DNA from: a virus
Taxonomy: Duplodnaviria > Caudoviricetes
Length of the DNA stretch: 29,536 nucleotides
IMG/VR virus record: IMGVR_UViG_3300027736_000175
Span: 1-29,536 of that record
Strand: one strand, 5' to 3'
In this document: piece by piece, positions 1-7,225 of the stretch
Layout of the letters: every line of letters begins with the position of its first letter
How positions within the stretch are numbered: position 1 is the stretch's first letter
The notes under the pieces: generated by a model
The model's input: only the letters and a program-made list of their open reading frames with translations
Told to the model about the DNA's origin: nothing
Database searches by the model: none
Translations under genes and position numbers: made by a program

Positions 1-86
1 TTAAAATTTTTAGTTCTAGCATCAACAAATTGTCCTTGAATTATAAAAGGATGCATTTGAATTAAAAATATAACTAATAAATTCAT
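1..86 (-). CDS. partial hypothetical ORF running off the left edge (MNLLVIFLIQMHPF...)
   Basis: ATG at 86, three bases after the stop of ORF 90..401; frame open to the window edge. Confidence 0.4.
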   Translation of the reverse strand, partial: MNLLVIFLIQMHPFIIQGQFVDARTKNF

Positions 87-89
87 AGG

Positions 90-401
90 TTATTTGTTTG
101 GTGTATTTTCATCACTTGGGTAATGCTCTTTTTTAGGTGTTGGTTCAGATACTATAATAAAATTAACGCCTAATAAACTAAACTTTACATCTTCATTTGG
201 GTTGTTATTTAATGGATAATTAATAGGATCACGATGCCAAGCAAACTCCCAATTAATATTGCATCTTATTTTATTTTTTGTTTTAGAATCTGTATTTATT
301 AAAACATTGTTTATACCAATTTTATTTAATTGTTCAGCAGCTATTTTTAATGGTTCTACTGTATTATCTTCTGGTAATAAAATATCATAATCTCTTTCCA
401 T
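90..401 (-). CDS. hypothetical protein
   Basis: 103-aa ORF tightly packed in the minus-strand operon. Confidence 0.75.
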   Translation of the reverse strand: MERDYDILLPEDNTVEPLKIAAEQLNKIGINNVLINTDSKTKNKIRCNINWEFAWHRDPINYPLNNNPNEDVKFSLLGVNFIIVSEPTPKKEHYPSDENTPNK

Positions 402-404
402 AGT

Positions 405-668
405 TTATTTGTTTTCAGCTTGTTGGTCAAGAATAGCTTTACCTGTATCTGATAATGGTCTAGCAAATAGCCTTAACTTTTTACCAGTGTTTGGGCATAG
501 GAAGGTAATCCCTACATCCATATAAGACTTCAATACTATTTCCATTACTCCATCTGCATTTTCACTAGCTCCAATTACATGTGGATCATCATAGTCAAAT
601 TGCATACAAAAATCACATCCTTCTAATGCTTCTTTACCTTCTGGTATGTTTACTTTTTTCTTTGCCAT
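405..668 (-). CDS. hypothetical protein (CxxC plus a third Cys)
   Basis: 87-aa ORF, A-rich leader, operon packing. Confidence 0.8.
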   Translation of the reverse strand: MAKKKVNIPEGKEALEGCDFCMQFDYDDPHVIGASENADGVMEIVLKSYMDVGITFLCPNTGKKLRLFARPLSDTGKAILDQQAENK

Positions 669-679
669 ATTATTTGGTT

Positions 680-1021
680 TTAAATTTCTTTTATATCAAC
701 AATTTTAACTTCCTCTCCTGCAAGCATAGCGTCCAATGTATCTTCAATTAATTCTCTTTGTTCTGGAGTTATTAAAGCTACCTTTTCTATTATCGCGGGG
801 ACTGCATAAACATCACTTGCTATTTCATGTTTAATACCTTCTCTTACTTCATCTGTAATAAATGGATGGGTGATTATATCTTTAAACATCCATGTTATTT
901 TATCGCCATACAATTTAAACATTTTTTCTCCTTTGCTATCAGGGTATTGTCTGCGGAAATCATCAAATTGCTCTTGAGCCATTTTTAAATTTTGAATAGC
1001 ACTTATAATGTTAGCACTCAT
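680..1021 (-). CDS. hypothetical protein
   Basis: 113-aa ORF coupled to the upstream gene by TAATG overlap at 1021. Confidence 0.8.
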   Translation of the reverse strand: MSANIISAIQNLKMAQEQFDDFRRQYPDSKGEKMFKLYGDKITWMFKDIITHPFITDEVREGIKHEIASDVYAVPAIIEKVALITPEQRELIEDTLDAMLAGEEVKIVDIKEI

Positions 1022-1746
1022 TATTTATTAAAGTTTAAGTGCATTTGTTCTAATTCTTGTAAAAATGTTCTAGCTTTTAGAACTTTGTTCTCAATTCGTA
1101 AAATGTCATCTTCACTTCTACTAACGTTAAACATAAGTATTCTTTCATCCATTAGTATATCATCAAATGTCATATTAAACTCTATCTTCATTGCTTCTTG
1201 AATAAACTCTGGGCTTTCTTCTGAAATTACATCCATCTTTTTAAGCAGATAATATTTCTCTTGTTGAATAATGCTTTCTGGTGTGTTAACTAAACAATAA
1301 GCAATCGTAGCTTTTGTTGTTCCTGTAAGCCACATATAAGACTGCATTTGCCAATAGTATAAATTATCTAATTTGTCTGGTATATTACCTAAGAATGTCC
1401 AAAGATCATAACTTGATTTAATATCAATAATTGTATCTCCATTAATAATATCTGGCAATCCTGTTATGTAATCATTTTTAAATCGTTCTTTGTTTTTGCT
1501 AAATGGTAATTTAAGATACATTGATAATAAATCAATAGACTCTTGTTCTGCTTCCACACCTTTCTTCATTTGCTTTGTTTGTATATCTCGCTTTCTTCCG
1601 TACTTCTCAGCGATATAAACTTCAATTAAATGTTTTTGTGCAGTCTTGGATAATACGCCAGCTTCTTTGTCAGCTTTAGTTACAGGTTCGGTCATTAAAT
1701 AACCTACAGAGCTTGCTCTAATTAGTGTTTCATTAAAATTCATCAT
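1021..1746 (-). CDS. YqaJ/lambda-exonuclease-like PD-(D/E)xK nuclease
   Basis: Motifs IRASSVG, MKKGVEAE, GLPDII...IIDIKSS, YYWQMQSYMWL typical of YqaJ viral recombinase exonucleases. Confidence 0.85.
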   Translation of the reverse strand: MMNFNETLIRASSVGYLMTEPVTKADKEAGVLSKTAQKHLIEVYIAEKYGRKRDIQTKQMKKGVEAEQESIDLLSMYLKLPFSKNKERFKNDYITGLPDIINGDTIIDIKSSYDLWTFLGNIPDKLDNLYYWQMQSYMWLTGTTKATIAYCLVNTPESIIQQEKYYLLKKMDVISEESPEFIQEAMKIEFNMTFDDILMDERILMFNVSRSEDDILRIENKVLKARTFLQELEQMHLNFNK

Positions 1747-2105
1747 AAAGATTTAAGTTTGTTGTTGTAGTGTTTTAATAATTCTGGATTGCTTTTTGAC
1801 ATTAATTCCCAAGCCTTTAATTCATCTTTTGTTTTGCAAGAATCAATGAATTCTTTTGTTTTTTCAGCTAATGTTTTTTTTGATTGAGTAGGAATTATTT
1901 CTTCAGCTTGTTCTTCATAAAAAAAGTTTAATTCTTTTAATCTTATTACATTTTTTTTATGGTATTCTTCAACCAAATCTTTTGCAACATCAAGTGCTTG
2001 GTTTGCTGATTCACCTTCGTTAATAGAAAGCTCAACGCCAATTTTTTCAGAAGAATAATTACCTAAATTAAAAGTTCTAGTGTAGTTTACGGTTGTGATT
2101 TGCAT
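1743..2105 (-). CDS. hypothetical phage protein (NLGNYSSEKI motif), coupled to the exonuclease
   Basis: 120-aa ORF with ATGA overlap to the exonuclease start. Confidence 0.8.
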   Translation of the reverse strand: MQITTVNYTRTFNLGNYSSEKIGVELSINEGESANQALDVAKDLVEEYHKKNVIRLKELNFFYEEQAEEIIPTQSKKTLAEKTKEFIDSCKTKDELKAWELMSKSNPELLKHYNNKLKSL

Positions 2106-2109
2106 AATT

Positions 2110-2307
2110 TTATTTTAGTCTGGTTACAGTGGTTATTTCATCTATAGCTTTAATTTTAAATACTTTATTTTCGTGTTCTTTTTTTCTTTTTAAGTTAGAA
2201 ACCATTACCATTACCGAAGTATATGGATTTTCTAAACAAAGGTGTTCTCCCAACTTTAATTCAGCCACCTTGCTTGAAACTGAATCTGGGCTAATGTGTC
2301 TTGCCAT
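2110..2307 (-). CDS. small basic protein, possibly winged-helix DNA-binding
   Basis: 65-aa ORF directly after the promoter box at 2322-2329; fold is inferred only. Confidence 0.7.
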   Translation of the reverse strand: MARHISPDSVSSKVAELKLGEHLCLENPYTSVMVMVSNLKRKKEHENKVFKIKAIDEITTVTRLK

Positions 2308-2321
2308 GTTATATTTTTGGA

Positions 2322-2329
2322 CAAAATTA
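2322..2329 (-). promoter_or_regulatory. Bacteroidota -7 promoter box TAATTTTG
   Basis: Matches TAnnTTTG, 14 nt upstream of the ATG at 2307. Confidence 0.7.
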
Positions 2330-2372
2330 ATTTAATTAATTTAATTAAAAAAATAAATTTAATTTAATTTGG

Positions 2373-2380
2373 TATATTTG
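2373..2380 (+). promoter_or_regulatory. -7 promoter box TATATTTG (GTATATTTG class) with no downstream CDS
   Basis: Same 9-mer found upstream of portal (11281), ring genes (18023) and cupin gene (24997). Confidence 0.65.
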
Positions 2381-2384
2381 CACC

Positions 2385-2446
2385 GCATAGTTTTTTTTAG
2401 ATTTACGGTCGGAGGTTCGTTTCTACGATGCCTCCTTCTTTTTTTT
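2385..2446 (+). ncRNA. candidate ~60-nt small RNA ending in a UUCU-loop terminator hairpin
   Basis: Promoter box at 2373, then GCATAGTTTTTTTTAG..., stem GGAGGT-TCGT/ACGA-(T)-GCCTCC (2411-2435) and T8 tract; no ORF. Confidence 0.5.
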
Positions 2447-2493
2447 GCATAATATGTTATAAAATGCACTTTCTGATGTGCTTTTGTCGTCAC

Positions 2494-2522
2494 AAAAAAC
2501 CCCCACATAGAAATGCAGGGGT
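2494..2522 (-). terminator. intrinsic terminator downstream of the NinG-like gene (UUCU loop)
   Basis: Minus strand ACCCCTGCAT-TTCT-ATGTGGGGGT (10-bp stem with 2 G-U pairs) followed by a T tract. Confidence 0.75.
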
Positions 2523-2553
2523 GTCTTTACTATAAAAAACCATCAACCAATGA

Positions 2554-3096
2554 TTACCCTTGTAAAAATTTCTTTTTTACTTGGTTTAGCTTTGATCTAT
2601 ATTCAATAATCAAGCTTTTAAGCTCATCTTTTGTCGGTTTCTCAACTTGTCTTGCAATTGTTTGTAAAAATTCAACTATACCCGGACTTTCTTGTTCTAA
2701 TTTTTTTGCATATACTTCTAAGTTTCCTGATAGAAAACTATTGTCATGTTCTGATTGTGGTCTGCAATTATGTTCCATCCATCTTGTTGCTAAATTTGCT
2801 CTTGGTATAAAATGTCCATTATGAATTTTAGTCCAATGGAATTTTTTACCAGATGTAAAACATTCTACTATACCTTCTTTATCAGCATACTTACAACGAA
2901 TATATTGACTAAATACTGCATCAAGGTCTTGTACAAGGTTTTGAAAACTTTCAGAATCATCTTCAAATTCTTCCATTCTTTTTTGCGTAGAATGTATAGT
3001 AGCACATTGTTTGCACATTTTTTTAGAAAAATGATAATCAATATTGCCGCAATTAACGCAACGTTTTTTCTTAACTATTATTGTTGAATTTCTCAT
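2554..3096 (-). CDS. ninG: NinG/Rap-like HNH endonuclease with N-terminal zinc finger
   Basis: LDAVFSQYIR...ECFT...NGHFIPRANLATRWMEHNCRPQ matches the NinG pattern; N-terminal CVNC...CKQC. Confidence 0.75.
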   Translation of the reverse strand: MRNSTIIVKKKRCVNCGNIDYHFSKKMCKQCATIHSTQKRMEEFEDDSESFQNLVQDLDAVFSQYIRCKYADKEGIVECFTSGKKFHWTKIHNGHFIPRANLATRWMEHNCRPQSEHDNSFLSGNLEVYAKKLEQESPGIVEFLQTIARQVEKPTKDELKSLIIEYRSKLNQVKKKFLQG

Positions 3097-3097
3097 T

Positions 3098-3259
3098 TTA
3101 AAATGCTTTAATTACACCTTCTTTAATTCTTGATTTATACGCTTTACTTATTTTAGAAACACACTCTTTGCAATTCTGATAAAGCATATCTTTTGTTTTT
3201 ACATCTTTAGAATATTCATAAAGAGGTTTCTCTTTTTTACACTTGTAGCACTTTTTCAT
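3098..3259 (-). CDS. small C4 zinc-finger protein (MKKCYKC...CKEC)
   Basis: Likely true start is ATG 3259 rather than 3334; CxxC..CxxC like the N-terminal finger of phage HNH/EndoVII proteins. Confidence 0.7.
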   Translation of the reverse strand: MKKCYKCKKEKPLYEYSKDVKTKDMLYQNCKECVSKISKAYKSRIKEGVIKAF

Positions 3260-3386
3260 CTTCTTTAAATTTGTGTAGTTTGTTATCAATAAATTTATAC
3301 TTACCAATATACTTACCTTCTTTGTGTACTTCAATAATCATATTAAGCTTTAAGGCTAATTCGTATATTAGTTCTCTGTTTTCCAT
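3237..3386 (-). CDS. 49-aa hypothetical protein (MENRELIYELALKLNMIIEVHKEGKYIGKYKFIDNKLHKFKEDEKVLQV), not in ORF track
   Basis: Hand-translated; TAATG coupling with the upstream ORF at 3386; fills the operon gap. Confidence 0.7.
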   Translation of the reverse strand: MENRELIYELALKLNMIIEVHKEGKYIGKYKFIDNKLHKFKEDEKVLQV

Positions 3387-3568
3387 TAATACCATTCTAA
3401 TTTTTCAGGTGATAATTTTTCTTTTAATAAATCATTTAAAGTTAACTTATCAATATAAGCTACTTTATTGTTTTTTTTAGATTCTATTAAATACTTGTCT
3501 TTTGTAATTTTTTCTATTTTGTAATAAACAAAATTTATGTTTACTACTTTAGTTTGTCCTGTTTCCAT
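3386..3568 (-). CDS. 60-aa hypothetical protein (METGQTKV...)
   Basis: ATG 3568 lies just downstream of promoter box 3583-3590; the longer track ORF would span the divergent promoters. Confidence 0.7.
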   Translation of the reverse strand: METGQTKVVNINFVYYKIEKITKDKYLIESKKNNKVAYIDKLTLNDLLKEKLSPEKLEWY

Positions 3569-3582
3569 AGCAATAATTTTAA

Positions 3583-3665
3583 CAAAGATAATTAATTTAA
3601 TTAAATAACAAAATAAAATTATGGAAAAATAAATTTTGTAATTAAAAATATTAGTTATTACTTTG
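3583..3665. promoter_or_regulatory. divergent Bacteroidota promoters
   Basis: Minus: TATCTTTG (3583-3590) with TTTG -33 (3609-3612). Plus: TTTG (3635-3638) and near-consensus TTACTTTG (3658-3665). Spacers 18-19 nt. Confidence 0.7.
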
Positions 3666-3684
3666 TGTTTCAATCAAATTATTT

Positions 3685-3882
3685 ATGGAAAAATTAAATG
3701 TAAAAGATGAAATTCTACTCTATCTTGAGAAAGAAGAACGCACACTGGCTTGGCTTTCAAGAAAAATAGACATCCCTTATCCAACTCTTTATTCAATTTT
3801 TATTCAGAGGATAATGAATCTTTCAGACACGAATTTAGGAAAAATTAACAGAGCTTTAAACACTGATTTTATTAACAATTAA
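3685..3882 (+). CDS. Cro/CI-type HTH transcriptional regulator
   Basis: RTLAWLSRKIDIPYPTLYSIF helix-turn-helix pattern; first gene after the divergent promoter. Confidence 0.75.
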   Translation: MEKLNVKDEILLYLEKEERTLAWLSRKIDIPYPTLYSIFIQRIMNLSDTNLGKINRALNTDFINN

Positions 3883-3892
3883 AAAATTCTAA

Positions 3893-4678
3893 ATGGCTCG
3901 CCCAATAAAGAATTACTGTGATTACTTTCCTCATGATAGGGATATGCGAAACCATAGAAAGGTTAAAGCTATTCGTACAAAATTTGGGGTTACTGGATAT
4001 GCGATTTGGTCAATGACATTAGAATATTTAACAGGTATTGATGGTAATGTTTTTGAATATTCTGATGTAGAATTTGAGTTAATGGCTGGTGATTTCGGAG
4101 TTTCTGCTACAGAAATACGGGATGTAGTGGATTACTGCATCAAAATGGAGATGTTATTCCCAAATAATGGCTTTATTAACTCAGAATCACTTGATGAAAG
4201 ACTTAAACCAGTATATGAAAAAAGAGGTAAGAGTAAGGATAATAGTAAGAAACAACAACGATTGAACGGTAAATTTGTTATTAGTAATACCGTAAGTAAC
4301 GGAGTTTCTGTAGCAGAAATGCCGCAAAGTAAAGTAAATAAAAGTAAAGTAAATAAAAAAGAATTAAATATACCTTTTGATTCTTTTTGGGATTTGTATG
4401 AGAAGAAGGTAGGCGATAGGGATAAAATTATTAAAAAATGGGAAGGTTTGTCTGATGAAGATAGAAAATTGATAATGAATTATATTCCAAAATACAAAAT
4501 ATCACAACCTGATAAAAAATATAGAAAAGATCCACAAACTTTTTTAAACAATAAATCATGGAATGATGAATTGATTGGATTGGAAATGCCTTCTATCCCA
4601 AAAAAGGATAATTCCCACCTATACCAAGATGAAGATTTTTTACAATACAAAAAGATGGCTGAACAATTAAACAAATAA
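3893..4678 (+). CDS. replication initiator-like protein (DUF4373/Lin1244-like N-terminus)
   Basis: MARP..CDYFPHD..RKVKAIRTKFG..GYAIW N-terminus; SKVNKSKVN linker; FDSFWDLY..KKV...DPQTFLNNKSW C-terminus typical of phage replisome organisers. Confidence 0.8.
   Translation: MARPIKNYCDYFPHDRDMRNHRKVKAIRTKFGVTGYAIWSMTLEYLTGIDGNVFEYSDVEFELMAGDFGVSATEIRDVVDYCIKMEMLFPNNGFINSESLDERLKPVYEKRGKSKDNSKKQQRLNGKFVISNTVSNGVSVAEMPQSKVNKSKVNKKELNIPFDSFWDLYEKKVGDRDKIIKKWEGLSDEDRKLIMNYIPKYKISQPDKKYRKDPQTFLNNKSWNDELIGLEMPSIPKKDNSHLYQDEDFLQYKKMAEQLNK
4096..4320. repeat. two copies of CGGAGTTTCTG-N3-CAGAAAT (4096-4116, 4300-4320), each palindromic
   Basis: 18/21 identical; the 15-nt cores are exact reverse complements of each other. 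Confidence 0.7.
4326..4355 (+). repeat. 15-bp tandem repeat AAAGTAAAGTAAATA x2
   Basis: Read directly; encodes SKVNKSKVN. Confidence 0.8.
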
Positions 4679-4681
4679 ACG

Positions 4682-6550
4682 ATGATAAGTACTATTTTTA
4701 AAAACATTTTTAGCAAGGAACCACATTTTATAACGATTGACAAGGCTCTTGAAAGGATTAAGGATGGTTCAAGTAAAAGTTTGGTTATGGAAATCAGACT
4801 TGCTTTGGACAAAGAAAAAGCCAATAAGCTTAAATTGAATTTGCCTTCAGTTTGCTTCAGTGGTAAGTTTGGAATTGACCGAAAGGATGAGCAATTGATT
4901 CAACACAGTGGTTTTTTGGTATTGGATTTTGATGATGTAGGGGAGCTTAGAGAAAAGCAAACTGAAATTATTTCAAACGATTTTATTTACGCTTGTTGGG
5001 TTTCTCCATCTGGAAATGGGTTAAAAGCATTGGTTAAAATAGCTGATGGCAAAAAACACAGAGAGCATTTCCAAGCTTTGCAAGACATTTTTCCAGAAAT
5101 TGACCGAAGTGGAATTAACGTAAGCCGAGTTTGTTACGAAAGCTTTGATCCAGATATTTACATCAACCAAAATTCTGAAGTTTTTAAGAAAGCTAAGAAA
5201 ATTGAGAAAATTGTTGTGAATGAAGCTCAGAATTTAGATGATTCTGAAAACTTTCGTAGAATACTAAAATGGTTAACGAATAAAAATGATGCATTTGTCA
5301 CTGGAGAGCGAAATACTTACATTTTTAAGCTTGCTTCAGCATGTTGTAGATTTGGAATCAACGAGGAGGCCTCTTTAAGCCTTATTTCGGCCGAGTATTT
5401 GGTGAGCAATGACTTTACCATGTCAGAGATGAGAAGTGCCGTAAAAAGCGGCTACAGGGCAAATAGGAGCAATTTTGGAACGGCATCTTTGCAGAAGGAG
5501 AAATTGATTGACAATGTGACTAGTTATGAAATTAGTGTTAAAAAGGAGCTTTCTTCGGATGAAAAAGGTGAAAATTACCGAGTTGAAGATGTTGTGTATG
5601 GTATTGATGTGAAAGATAAAGCATTGAATATCAATGAAAATGGTTTTGAAAAAGTTTTAGGTATTGGGTATCAAGAATTGGACTATTATTTCAAACCAAA
5701 GAGAGGAGAAATAACTTTAATCACAGGAATTGGTAACTACGGAAAGAGTGCGTTTAAAAAAGCTTACATACTTTGGAGAATAATTTTATTTGGGGAGAAG
5801 ATTGCTACGTTTTCTCCAGAAGATGTGCCCGCGGAAGAGTATTTTCACGATTATGTGGAGATGTTATTGGGTTGCGAGTGTACTCCATACAATCCAAATA
5901 GACCTCCAAACCAAGTTTATGAGGCTGCATACGATTTTATTTCAAAGCATATTTTTTACATAAGTGCAGAAATGCTTTCGCCTACACCTCAGTACATTAA
6001 AGAGAAATTTTTAGAGCTTATCATTCAAGAAAAGGTAGATTTTTGTTGCATAGATCCATTTAACCAAATGACAAATGATTACAAAGGTTATGGTGGTAGA
6101 ACTGACAAATATCTTGAAACATTTTTAGCTGATTGTTCACGATTTGCACAAAAAAATGATGTGTATTTTTGGATTATTGCTCACCCTAAAACAATGGTAA
6201 AAGATAAGAGTGGTAATTACACCTGTCCAGATGTTTATGATATAAATGATGGTGCAATGTGGAACAATAAAATGAGTAATATTTTAGTTTATCATAGACC
6301 ATTTGCACAAACAGATCCAAATAATCCAACAGCAGATATTTACTTTAAAAAGATAAAGAAAAAAAGCGTAGGAAAGAGAGGGTTTACAACTGTTGAATAC
6401 TTATGGAATAAAAGAAGGTTTTTTATAAATGGAAGAGATGTTACGCAAGATTTATTGAACAAAAGAAACTATGATTTTTGGAAAGCCAAAACTAGCACAC
6501 AGCAATGGGTTCCATACAAAGATGAAAACGGAGAAGAAATTATTTTTTAA
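4682..6550 (+). CDS. primase-helicase: BT4734/VirE-N domain, PriCT-1 and SF4 (DnaB/Twinkle-like) helicase
   Basis: LPSVCFSGKF, HSGFLVLDFD, SPSGNGLK, SRVCYESFDP; GERNTYIFKLA; Walker A TGIGNYGKS, IDPFNQ, IAHP. Confidence 0.88.
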   Translation: MISTIFKNIFSKEPHFITIDKALERIKDGSSKSLVMEIRLALDKEKANKLKLNLPSVCFSGKFGIDRKDEQLIQHSGFLVLDFDDVGELREKQTEIISNDFIYACWVSPSGNGLKALVKIADGKKHREHFQALQDIFPEIDRSGINVSRVCYESFDPDIYINQNSEVFKKAKKIEKIVVNEAQNLDDSENFRRILKWLTNKNDAFVTGERNTYIFKLASACCRFGINEEASLSLISAEYLVSNDFTMSEMRSAVKSGYRANRSNFGTASLQKEKLIDNVTSYEISVKKELSSDEKGENYRVEDVVYGIDVKDKALNINENGFEKVLGIGYQELDYYFKPKRGEITLITGIGNYGKSAFKKAYILWRIILFGEKIATFSPEDVPAEEYFHDYVEMLLGCECTPYNPNRPPNQVYEAAYDFISKHIFYISAEMLSPTPQYIKEKFLELIIQEKVDFCCIDPFNQMTNDYKGYGGRTDKYLETFLADCSRFAQKNDVYFWIIAHPKTMVKDKSGNYTCPDVYDINDGAMWNNKMSNILVYHRPFAQTDPNNPTADIYFKKIKKKSVGKRGFTTVEYLWNKRRFFINGRDVTQDLLNKRNYDFWKAKTSTQQWVPYKDENGEEIIF

Positions 6551-6567
6551 TATAAAAACAAAACACA

Positions 6568-6906
6568 ATGATTAGAATTTCAGTAATCGGAAGATTAGGA
6601 CAAGATGCAGTAGTTAACAATGTTAATGGTAAAACAGTGATTAATTTTTCAATGGCTTACAGCGAAAAGTTTAAAAACCAACAAGGCGAAGATGTAGATA
6701 AAACTACTTGGGTGTCTTGTGCTTATTGGACTGAAAAAACAAATGTAGCAAACTACCTTAAAAAAGGCACATTAATTTACATGGAAGGTAAGCCAGAGTC
6801 TAAAACTTATTTAAACGATAAAACGAAAGAAACAGTAGCTCAATTACATTCAAGAGTTACTTCTTTGCAGTTGTTATCAAGTACTAAAGATGAAACATTA
6901 TTTTAA
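6568..6906 (+). CDS. ssb: single-stranded DNA-binding protein
   Basis: IGRLGQDA...FSMA...TTWVSCAYW...YLKKGTLIYMEG OB-fold; acidic/aromatic tail DETLF. Confidence 0.92.
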   Translation: MIRISVIGRLGQDAVVNNVNGKTVINFSMAYSEKFKNQQGEDVDKTTWVSCAYWTEKTNVANYLKKGTLIYMEGKPESKTYLNDKTKETVAQLHSRVTSLQLLSSTKDETLF

Positions 6907-7130
6907 TGATAGTACAAACAATTCATGAAATATTAAATCCTTTTGATGTAAAAACTCCATTAGGTTATGGTGTTGCGATTTTTATGATTGCTGGTTCTAT
7001 ACATTCTAATCCTCAGTTTATAGTTAAGTTGTATGAATCAGGAGATGTAAGAACCGTAGATCAAAATGATATTAAAATATACGGGAATCCTACTAGCGGA
7101 GAATCATTAATACCCTTAAATAAAAAATAA
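6906..7130 (+). CDS. hypothetical phage protein
   Basis: 74-aa ORF with TAATG coupling to ssb. Confidence 0.8.
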   Translation: MIVQTIHEILNPFDVKTPLGYGVAIFMIAGSIHSNPQFIVKLYESGDVRTVDQNDIKIYGNPTSGESLIPLNKK

Positions 7131-7131
7131 T

Positions 7132-7224
7132 ATGATAACATTTGGAAATTCATACTATACAACAATTTCATGGTGCGGAAATTTTACAGTAATTACATAC
7201 TCTTTAGATTTTAAAAATAAATAA
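7132..7224 (+). CDS. 30-aa ORF (MITFGNSYYTTISWCGNFTVITYSLDFKNK), not in ORF track
   Basis: Fills the gap between 7130 and 7226 with 1-nt spacers on both sides. Confidence 0.55.
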   Translation: MITFGNSYYTTISWCGNFTVITYSLDFKNK

Positions 7225-7225
7225 T

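Noticed and set aside
2411-2522. TTTCTAC/TTTCTAT hairpins resembling Cas12a repeat handles, i.e. a mini CRISPR array
   Set aside because: Stems differ in sequence, orientations are opposite, there is no repeat-spacer periodicity and no cas gene; in Cas12a repeats TCTAC is stem, here TTCT is loop
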